A stretch of DNA of 64,000 bases from an uncultured Acidobacteriota bacterium (GTDB lineage Bacteria > Acidobacteriota > Vicinamibacteria > Vicinamibacterales > UBA2999): the NCBI GenBank assembly GCA_963815285.1, contig CAWFGB010000008.1, forward strand, positions 647,161 through 711,160. Reading direction: 5' to 3'. The notes under the pieces are model-generated. The model was given only the letters and a program-made list of their open reading frames with translations, was not told the origin of the DNA and made no database searches. Both the position numbers and the translations under genes were made by a program. This document shows, in pieces, positions 50,881 through 58,720 of this stretch (within the stretch, counting starts at the first letter, position 1; the number at the start of each line of letters is the position of its first letter).

Positions 50881-51065
50881 AGGTTCTGTGCCGATCAAGC
50901 GTACGTCGCCAGCAGTTGGTTGGAAAGGTCCAACTTTCGGGTGACGCGAGCACTTTCATACTGAGGGACCGTTGGCCCCTCGAACGCGACCCGTGTCTGT
51001 CTCAGGCCACAGAGCCGATGGTGAGTGACTCCATGATGACGTCAGTGACATCCTTCGTGACACGT

Positions 51066-51440
51066 TCAGTCGCCACGTTCCTCATCCTCCTGCAGCAGCG
51101 CGCCGGCCAGCCCGGCAAACGTCGCCGAGATCACAAACGACAGCCTCATCGTCCGGCCGACATCGATGCCGATGGCGCGCGCCAGGTTCTCGCTCTGGCG
51201 ATGGCGATGAAGCTGCGTCCGACGAGCGATTGCGCGATGCTGACCGACACGTAGATGGTGGGCGCCAGGAACACGAGCACGAGGTAGTACTGCGCAACGA
51301 GCGAGGTGAAGGCGATGGGGCCGATGGCGGCCGGTGGCGGAATGCCGATGAGGCCGTCGGTTCCGCCCGTGACGCTCTCCCAGCGCTCGATGCTGATGGT
51401 GAGGATGACGCCGAGCGCCAGCGTGAACACGGCAAGCGCG
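51066..51440 (-). pseudogene. Branched-chain amino acid ABC permease (LivM-like) fragment
   Basis: FTLALG..TGGTDGL..GRSFIAI, then a shifted frame ENLARAIGI..FVISATFAGLAGAL; both ends missing. Confidence 0.75.
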
Positions 51441-51523
51441 CCTGCGGTTCACCGGCCAGCTCTGCTCAGTCTCGTCCCGCAAAGCTGTGCGGCTCGTCGA
51501 ACCGCTCGCTACCAACCCGCGAC

Positions 51524-53959
51524 TTACTGCAAGGCCGAATATCTCCCTTGGGCAACGACCGGTGGACCAACGATATTCGGGCGCAGCGACGCCGTCTTCG
51601 TGTGCGCTTTGTTGCGATACATCCGACGATCCGCTCGCGCCAGCAACCGCTCGTAGGTGTCGCCATCCTCGGGAAAAGTGCTGACGCCGGCGCTCACGTG
51701 CAGTTCAAGCGCGTCGCCATCTTCGGCGCGAAGCGATAGTGCGGCTACCGCCTCCTGCATGAGCCGTCGACGCTCTTCAGCTTCGGGGCGTGTGCACGAT
51801 GCCAGCAGAACGACGAATTCATCGCCACCGTATCTGATGCACGTATCATAGGGCCGCGTCAGGTCCTGCAACACTCGCGCAACCGCCTGCAGAGCACGGT
51901 CGCCAGCCAGATGCCCATGATCGTCGTTGATGATCTTGAAATCGTCCAGGTCGAACAAAATCAACGAAAATTCCGAGGACGTCCGTCGGGCGCGGGCCAG
52001 TTCGCGCGCTACCTGGAACCGCAATGCGCGGGGATTGGCGAGACCCGTCAGACCGTCCTTGAACGCCTGTTCTTGCGTCCGCTCGAACACAAGGGCGTTC
52101 TGCACGACTGCCGCTACTTGATTTGCCACCTGGTCGAGCACGCGCCGATGATCGTCTGTGTACGCCGCAGTGTCGCTGTGGAACACTGCAATCGTGCCGA
52201 TCATTTCATCACCCACACTCAACGGGCAGACCAGCGCCGAACGCAGATCGAGCTCGCCCGTTGAAACACCTGCCGCCTTGAACTCCACAGCCGGAAGACC
52301 ATTGACCAGCGGCCGACGGTGCTGCACCACCCAGCCGCTCAAACCGTGACCCTCCGCAATCGACGCATTCTCCAGCAGTTCGGCGTGTGGTCCGTTGGCG
52401 AATCGGCAGCGCATATCCTCGTTTCCGCGTCGGACGAAGAGTGCACACGACGAAAACGGCATCAGCATGCTGAGCTTTGCGCTCACGAGGGTCATCGTGT
52501 CCGCCAGACTCATGCTTCGTCCCAACGAGTGCGCAATCTCGTACAGCGTGTATGTCTCGCGTTTTGCAGAAGCGATCTCGGCAAACACGCCAGCACCAAC
52601 TCTGGGCCCCTCGCTTAGTAGCTGGGGAGAATCGGCGGGGAACAGGTGCATGCGACTCGACGTTCCGTCATCCGTCGGCGGCGTCAGCCCCTGTACCATC
52701 GCGGTGAATTGGGCCACGACAACGGGATCGAACGCTTGACCCGCGTCGCGCTGAAGCATGGCAAGTGCCTCGTCTCGTGAAACGGCTGGTCGATACGGAC
52801 GAGCCGAAGTGAGGGCGTCGAAGCAGTCCACAACCGAGAGGACGCGCGCTCCGAGTGGAATCTGTTCTCCGCTGAGTCCAGCGGGGTAACCCCGGCCGTC
52901 CCATCGCTCGTGGTGACTACGAATTAGCGGCGCAACGGCGTACGGGAATCGCACCGCGCTGACAATATCGGCGCCAATTTCTGCGTGCACCTGCATCTTT
53001 TTCCGCTCGTCCGCGGTCAGCGGGCCGGGCTTGGACAAGATATGTTGCGGGACTGCAAGCTTCCCAATGTCATGGAGCAACGCCGCAGCTTCGACTGCTT
53101 GTCGATCGACATCAGGTAGATCCAGACGGCGTGCCAAGGCTGCCGTGTAGAACTGCACGCGCTCGACATGACAACTGCCGCCCTCGTCTTTCGCCTGGAT
53201 GGCGCGCGCGAGCACCTCGATGCTATCGCGATGAAGCTGCGACCACTCGGCTACCCGCTGCTGCTCGTCGGCAATACGTCGGAGGTAGATGCGATAAGTG
53301 CGATAGGTGAGCCCAAGAGGAACGAACGCGAGCGTCGTCTGCCACTGGCCGGCGCTGTGCAACATCTCGATGGCAATGCCTGCGCCGATCGCGCCCACGA
53401 CGTAACTGCTGATACTCCACAGGAAGGTGTCATGCCAGACGCGGAAGACATTGCTGCGTGTCGTGAGCGCCACCGCCGCAGCAACGGCGGACGAGTTGAC
53501 AGCGAAATGCATCATCGCGGCCGCCATCAGCGGCTGCAACGGCGCACCGGGCATCGTCCCGTAAGTGCCTCCGAACCAGGTGTAAGTCGCACCCGCAGCA
53601 GCAACGCTGATCACAACCGTCGCCATACTGAAGAGCGTCTTGTAGGCCGGGTTCCGCTGGTTCATTCGCAGCGTGCACTGGGCCAACACGCTGGGAACTG
53701 CGATCAGCATCGTAGGAGCGGGGCCCAGCAGGAGCAGCGCGGTGAAGTCTACCGCATACGATAGGGAGATGCAGGAGGTTCCCACCCCTATCGGAAGATC
53801 CACTTTGACCGCCGAACTAATCACTGACAGCACGAGCAACGCGGCAAACAGCCCCGGACGCGGAAACTGCACCGATGCGATCGCGGTGGCGATCGCCACT
53901 GTGCCAAGCACAATCACAGAGCACACATATACGCGGCTGGCGAGTGGAAGACGCGTCAC
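51524..53959 (-). CDS. Membrane sensor with HD-GYP, GAF and GGDEF domains
   Basis: N-terminal multi-TM region; LLHDIGK, HHERWDGRGYP; GAF; DGLTGLAN, DLDDFK.IND..GH..GD, RPYD I-site, YGGDEF; GGAGG ribosome-binding site. Confidence 0.93.
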   Translation of the reverse strand: MTRLPLASRVYVCSVIVLGTVAIATAIASVQFPRPGLFAALLVLSVISSAVKVDLPIGVGTSCISLSYAVDFTALLLLGPAPTMLIAVPSVLAQCTLRMNQRNPAYKTLFSMATVVISVAAAGATYTWFGGTYGTMPGAPLQPLMAAAMMHFAVNSSAVAAAVALTTRSNVFRVWHDTFLWSISSYVVGAIGAGIAIEMLHSAGQWQTTLAFVPLGLTYRTYRIYLRRIADEQQRVAEWSQLHRDSIEVLARAIQAKDEGGSCHVERVQFYTAALARRLDLPDVDRQAVEAAALLHDIGKLAVPQHILSKPGPLTADERKKMQVHAEIGADIVSAVRFPYAVAPLIRSHHERWDGRGYPAGLSGEQIPLGARVLSVVDCFDALTSARPYRPAVSRDEALAMLQRDAGQAFDPVVVAQFTAMVQGLTPPTDDGTSSRMHLFPADSPQLLSEGPRVGAGVFAEIASAKRETYTLYEIAHSLGRSMSLADTMTLVSAKLSMLMPFSSCALFVRRGNEDMRCRFANGPHAELLENASIAEGHGLSGWVVQHRRPLVNGLPAVEFKAAGVSTGELDLRSALVCPLSVGDEMIGTIAVFHSDTAAYTDDHRRVLDQVANQVAAVVQNALVFERTQEQAFKDGLTGLANPRALRFQVARELARARRTSSEFSLILFDLDDFKIINDDHGHLAGDRALQAVARVLQDLTRPYDTCIRYGGDEFVVLLASCTRPEAEERRRLMQEAVAALSLRAEDGDALELHVSAGVSTFPEDGDTYERLLARADRRMYRNKAHTKTASLRPNIVGPPVVAQGRYSALQ

Positions 53960-54007
53960 TTGAATACCTCCGCTGTCATCACTGGGGTTACGAAAACAAA
54001 CCTGACA

Positions 54008-55738
54008 CTATCGCGGTGCCGTCAGGTTCGACCAGGACGTGAACTCTCCGTCCGATTGACCTATCAGCGTGTTGCCCCACACGATGTTGTTGCCCCAGAC
54101 GATGTTGTTGCCCCAGACGATGTTGTTACCCCAGACGATGTTGTTACCCCAGACGATGTTGTTGCCCCAGACGATGTTGTTGCCCCAGACGATGTTGTTG
54201 CCCCAGACGATGTTCTGGGCCCATCCCGGTTGGTTCTCGGCGATCACCGGGCCAAAGCTGGCGGCCTCACCCCACACGATCCTCTCCGCCCACTGCAGAC
54301 TCTGATCTGCAATGGATGTCCACGGAGTGTAGCCACTCGTCAGCCACCATGACGAGGTCGGCATCGAGGCATCGATACGACTTGCGAGATCGACGGCCCC
54401 GGCCGCGTTGATTGCCCCGGCGCCCTGGGTGAGATCGTCATACTCCACGCCGAGGTCATCCCGCACTCGGATCGCCGTGTATTGAACAATCGCCTTGACG
54501 GCATTCGGTGTGAGGGCTGTCTGTGTTAGGAATGCGTTTCGATTTGCCTCCAACACCAGGGCAACAGCTCCTGTGACAACGCCCGCTGCCATGCTGGTAC
54601 CGCTCAGGCGCAAATACGCGCCCTCTGTGACCTCCGGATGATTCACGTAGAGCGTGCTCTCTGTGGCGGCAACTGACGCAAGCCGATGCCCCGGCGCAAC
54701 GATATCGGGCTTTGCCGTGCCGTCGTACCAAGTCGGACCTCGCGAGCTGTACACGGTCACGCGATCGTCGCTTCGCACGTTGGTAGCGAACGTATTGACG
54801 GCGCCAACGGTGATTGCCGATGGCGCGTTGCCGGGGGAGAGGACTCCCGCATAGCCAGGCAGGCCTGTCGACGGCGACGTCCCGTAGTTGCCCGCAGCGA
54901 CGACCACGACGATACCGGCACGGACCGCTGCTTCGACCGCCTGCACCAGCGGGTCCGACGCGGCAGGTTCGTAGATGGGGTGTCCGAGCGAGAGATTGAT
55001 GATGTCGATGCCAAGCCGGGCTTTGTTCGCCGTCACGAATTCAAGCGCGCTGATCACGTGACTCGTCAACCCAGCGCCTCTTTCATCGAGCACTTTCAGT
55101 GCCACGAGCCGGGCTTTAGGCGCCACGCCTCGATAGCGCTTGCTGGAGAGTTCACCATTACCTGCGATGAGACCAGCGACGTGAGTTCCGTGGCCATATA
55201 AATCTGCCGCGGGCGCTGCGTGCCCACCCTGCGTGAAGTCGTAGAAGCCGGCGATCCGGTCGTCGAATTCAGGTCCCGGCTCCAAGCCGGAGTCGATGAG
55301 CGCCACACCCACGCGATTGCCTGTCGGCAATTGCCCGGGCAGACCGAGCGTGCTGCGAAGAGTTGAATCTGTCGAAGAGGTCTGCTCCGCAACCACCACC
55401 GCATCGCTCGAGATCGTCACGACGAACGGTAGCCGTGCGAGTGCCTCGAGCTGCGGAATCTTGACGAAGGCGGTTGCGGCGTTAATCAGCGGGTGAACAC
55501 GAAGTAGGTCATTCCCACTGGCGGCCAATGCCGTGGCCAAGCCGGGGACGCCGTCCGGGGTGGTCCGGATGATCACACGCTGAGGGCCCTCGTCACCGCT
55601 ACGAACGCGCGCCGCGAGCAGCGCATCAAGCTTTGAAGCGAGGCGCGACGGCGGCTCGGCGTGTCCGATCAGCGTGGCAATTGTGAGAAGTGCGAGGACT
55701 GAAAAGACTCGTAGTGGACGGCGATGGTTCACGAGCAT
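54008..55738 (-). CDS. Secreted S8 (subtilisin-like) serine peptidase with C-terminal NIVWGN repeats
   Basis: Signal peptide and propeptide; IDSG, HGTHVAG, AAGN, SGTSMA catalytic motifs. Confidence 0.93.
   Translation of the reverse strand: MLVNHRRPLRVFSVLALLTIATLIGHAEPPSRLASKLDALLAARVRSGDEGPQRVIIRTTPDGVPGLATALAASGNDLLRVHPLINAATAFVKIPQLEALARLPFVVTISSDAVVVAEQTSSTDSTLRSTLGLPGQLPTGNRVGVALIDSGLEPGPEFDDRIAGFYDFTQGGHAAPAADLYGHGTHVAGLIAGNGELSSKRYRGVAPKARLVALKVLDERGAGLTSHVISALEFVTANKARLGIDIINLSLGHPIYEPAASDPLVQAVEAAVRAGIVVVVAAGNYGTSPSTGLPGYAGVLSPGNAPSAITVGAVNTFATNVRSDDRVTVYSSRGPTWYDGTAKPDIVAPGHRLASVAATESTLYVNHPEVTEGAYLRLSGTSMAAGVVTGAVALVLEANRNAFLTQTALTPNAVKAIVQYTAIRVRDDLGVEYDDLTQGAGAINAAGAVDLASRIDASMPTSSWWLTSGYTPWTSIADQSLQWAERIVWGEAASFGPVIAENQPGWAQNIVWGNNIVWGNNIVWGNNIVWGNNIVWGNNIVWGNNIVWGNNIVWGNTLIGQSDGEFTSWSNLTAPR
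54071..54214 (-). repeat. 8 x 18-bp coding tandem repeat
   Basis: GTT(G/A)CCCCA(G/C)ACGATGTT x8 on the + strand, encoding NIVWGN on the - strand. Confidence 0.95.
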
Positions 55739-55751
55739 GCGCTCGCGTTAG

Positions 55752-55766
55752 GCAAGTGCCACGCCA
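55752..55766 (-). promoter_or_regulatory. Sigma54 -24/-12 promoter
   Basis: Minus strand TGGC-GTGGCAC-TTGC has the canonical spacing, 13 nt upstream of the protease ATG; an AT-rich IHF-like site (ATTCAATAGCTTA) lies at ~55818-55830. Confidence 0.65.
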
Positions 55767-56537
55767 CCAGCGCGCACCGACCCGTCGTCGCCAGGATCAC
55801 CGCCGTAACAATTTTGTATTCAATAGCTTAAATTGATGAGCTAGATGCAACTGCGTGCCGTTCCGGTCATCGCCCCGGCAGATCGGATTTCAATTTCGAC
55901 CAGTGCGGTTACAGTTCTGTCGTCCCCTTTCGCCGTGTGCAACCTCAGGCCGACGCGATAGAGATGTAGATCTTCTCGACAAAACATCGAAGACCTCCGG
56001 ACCTCCGTCGCAATTCCAGGTCTTGTAGTCAAGACTCGTGCCGCGGCGTCACTGCTGACGCGACCGACAAAGGAGTTGATGGCACAGTTCGGCGCGGGGT
56101 TACCGGTCCGCATCGACGTGACGCTCACCGGGCCGTCACGGGCATCATCGACACCACGGGTCGTTCACCTCCGGTGCCGAAAGATGCTGTGCGCGACGGA
56201 TCTCACCCCGTTTCAACGCGCCTGCGCCGTCGCGGTCTGCGCCGGAGTCTGGGCAGCAGGACATGTGACGGTATTGCCCAAGTGAGACGCCCCGCAAGTC
56301 AGCTGTCTCCGCCACGATCAGGCAAAGAAGTGCAGTTCCGGTCTCCAGGCTCGAACCGTCCGCGTGCACACGTGTGAGCCGCTCGGCGCCCGAAACCGCG
56401 CGTACCACTTCGAGGGGTGTTCTGGCGACGCCCGGCCGGGGCGGACGGCGTGAACACGGGCAAGATCACGGCGATGAACGTGAGTCTTCCCGAGGGCGAT
56501 CACGGATCACCGTACGGGTTCCCGGCTCGGGGCTGGC

Positions 56538-56822
56538 GTGCCGAATCACGCACTGCTAACCATTGCGCCCGGCCTCAACCATCTCAGCATCACCCTTGTG
56601 CCGACCCAGACCATCGGCCCACAAGGTCCAAGGGGCGAAAAAGGGGTTGCGGGGGAAACGGGCGCGGCCGGGCCTCCGGGGGACGAGCGACGGATCACCG
56701 TGCACGAACACCAGCCCCACGGCCGCTGGTCCGAGACCGTGCACGTGGACGGCATGGTGGAGTTGCGCGCTATCGGCTGCACGCTGCTCCTGGGCGAAGT
56801 GTACGAAGGCCTGCCCGCGTGA
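56538..56822 (+). CDS. Short ORF with a collagen-like Gly-X-Y tract, possibly a gene fragment
   Basis: GPQGPRGEKGVAGETGAAGPPG; start uncertain. Confidence 0.35.
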   Translation: MPNHALLTIAPGLNHLSITLVPTQTIGPQGPRGEKGVAGETGAAGPPGDERRITVHEHQPHGRWSETVHVDGMVELRAIGCTLLLGEVYEGLPA

Positions 56823-57018
56823 CGATTCGGCTTGCCTCAAACCTGCAGTGCGCTGACAAGGACGTTGGTGTCAGCGACGACGCGCATCACGAACGCGTGC
56901 GCGACTTCTGAACGGCCTGTTCGACGACCGCCTCGACTTCAGCGTCGCGCATGTCGCCGCGCCTGCACGTCCTCGACCGCGTGTGCGAGAGTTTGATGTC
57001 CTTGGGTCTCACCTGCGC
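56820..57018 (-). pseudogene. Toxin-antitoxin remnant: antitoxin-like C-terminus plus start of a PIN toxin
   Basis: ...EVEAVVEQAVQKSRTRS* overlaps (TGATG) MRVVADTNVLVSALQV*GKP, a PIN N-terminus with a premature stop. Confidence 0.6.
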
Positions 57019-57254
57019 AAGCGCGCGGGGTCGCGTCTGGCCGCTGGTCGAGCGGCAGTGTGGACTCGCCCCTTCTTCGAAGCCCTTGGGTCCTTCGCCT
57101 GCGCGGCATGACTCGGTATCCGGAGATGGTGCATGCCACGACCTGAAGACCATCTGGTAAGCCGTGTGCGGGAAATCCGCATGCATGGTTTGAACGGGGG
57201 TCTTGCCTTCACTCAGTCGGCACGACCGACTGGAGACAATTAGAATCTACCAAT
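57019..57254 (+). mobile_element. Group II intron 3' remnant (maturase C-terminus, domains V and VI)
   Basis: Domain V AAGCCGTGTGCGGGAAATCCGCATGCATGGTTT at 57159-57191; domain VI ending CTACCAAT; upstream frameshifted ..WTRPFFEALG/LRLRGMTRYPEMVHATT*. Confidence 0.85.
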
Positions 57255-58695
57255 GCGCCAGGCTTCAGCGACCTTGCTCGAACAGCTGCGCAGGCTGTTG
57301 GGAGACCGGTTCTCGACGTCGGAAGCAGTGCGCGACCACCATAGCCACGGGGAGTCCTGGCATCCGTCCGCGCCTCCCGACGCCGTGGCGTATCCCGACA
57401 CCACCGAACAAGTTGCCCTGATCGTGCAGTCCTGCCAGGCGGCACGGGTCCCGGTCATTCCTTTTGGCATGGGGAGCTCGCTCGAGGGCCACGTCAACGC
57501 CATCGACGGAGGCATCTCACTCGATCTCACCCGGATGAATCGCGTCCTGCGCATCTCGCCGGATGACCTCGACGTCACCGTCGAAGCCGGCCTCACCCAT
57601 CGCAAGCTGAACGACCATCTCAAGAATACCGGCCTCATGTTCCCGTTGGATCCCGGCGCCGACGCCACCCTGGGCGGTATGGCGGCAACCCGCGCCTCAG
57701 GAACAACGGCGGTGCGCTACGGCACCATGCGGGAGAACGTGCTCGGCCTGACCGTGGTGCTCGCCGACGGCCGCATCATCCACACCGGCGGACGCGCCCG
57801 CAAGTCCTCGGCCGGCTTCGATCTGACGCGGCTGTTCGTGGGCTCGGAAGGCACGCTGGGCGTCATCACCGAACTCACGCTTCGACTCTACGGCCGCCCC
57901 GAAGCCGTGTCGGCGGCAGTGTGCGCTTTCGCCAGCATGCAGGGCGCGACCGCCGCGGTCATCACCACCATCCAACTTGGCATCCCGGTTGCGCGCATCG
58001 AGATCATCGACGAGCAGCAGCTCGAGATCCTGAATCGCTACTCCAAGACAGAGTACGCGATTGCGCCGACGCTGTTCTTCGAGTTTCACGGGATCAGCCA
58101 GGACTCGGTGGACGAGCAGGCGCGAGCGGTGCAAGAGATTGCCCGGGATAACGGCTCGGTGAACTTTCAGTGGGCGACCACGCCGGAAGCGCGCGCGACG
58201 CTGTGGCAAGCGCGTCACGACGTGCTCTACGCGACCCTCGCCACGCGCCCCGGTGCCAAGCCGTGGACCTCGGACATCTGCGTCCCGATTTCGCACCTGT
58301 CGGAGTGCATCCTTCAGACGCAAGACGATCTGCGCCGGTCGAAGATCGTCGCGCCCCTCGTCGGGCACGCTGGCGACGGCAACTTCCACTTAATCTTCAT
58401 GGTCGACACCGGCGACGAGATGGAGATGGAGGCAGTGAAGGCGGCCAACGCACGGTTGGTGGAACGAGCGTTGAAACTCGGCGGCACATGCACGGGCGAA
58501 CACGGAGTAGGGATCGGAAAATTGAGTTACCTGGCTGAGGAGCATGGCGAATCACTGGACGTGATGCGTGCCATCAAGAGCGCGCTCGACCCGTACGACA
58601 TCCTGAATCCTGGGAAACTGATTCCGTCAGCGCGCGGCATGACCACGATGGACGAAAGGCTCACGAGGGGCACGAAGGGCTATAGTTCTTCGTGA
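57253..58695 (+). CDS. FAD-linked oxidase, D-lactate dehydrogenase/GlcD family
   Basis: [53 protein letters not shown]. Confidence 0.92.
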   Translation: MRQASATLLEQLRRLLGDRFSTSEAVRDHHSHGESWHPSAPPDAVAYPDTTEQVALIVQSCQAARVPVIPFGMGSSLEGHVNAIDGGISLDLTRMNRVLRISPDDLDVTVEAGLTHRKLNDHLKNTGLMFPLDPGADATLGGMAATRASGTTAVRYGTMRENVLGLTVVLADGRIIHTGGRARKSSAGFDLTRLFVGSEGTLGVITELTLRLYGRPEAVSAAVCAFASMQGATAAVITTIQLGIPVARIEIIDEQQLEILNRYSKTEYAIAPTLFFEFHGISQDSVDEQARAVQEIARDNGSVNFQWATTPEARATLWQARHDVLYATLATRPGAKPWTSDICVPISHLSECILQTQDDLRRSKIVAPLVGHAGDGNFHLIFMVDTGDEMEMEAVKAANARLVERALKLGGTCTGEHGVGIGKLSYLAEEHGESLDVMRAIKSALDPYDILNPGKLIPSARGMTTMDERLTRGTKGYSSS

Positions 58696-58704
58696 CCTTC
58701 GTGT
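58644..58704. repeat. CACGAAG/CTTCGTG 9-bp inverted repeat cluster
   Basis: cacgagggg cacgaaggg ... cttcgtgac cttcgtg. Confidence 0.6.
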
Positions 58705-58720
58705 TGTATTTTTGAACCCC

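Noticed and set aside
54071-54214. Possible CRISPR array
   Set aside because: Units are contiguous with no spacers, lie in frame within the protease, and no cas genes are present.
55840-57018. 5' half of the group II intron or an RT gene
   Set aside because: No YADD or other RT motifs and no recognisable domain I; the region holds unrelated fragments.
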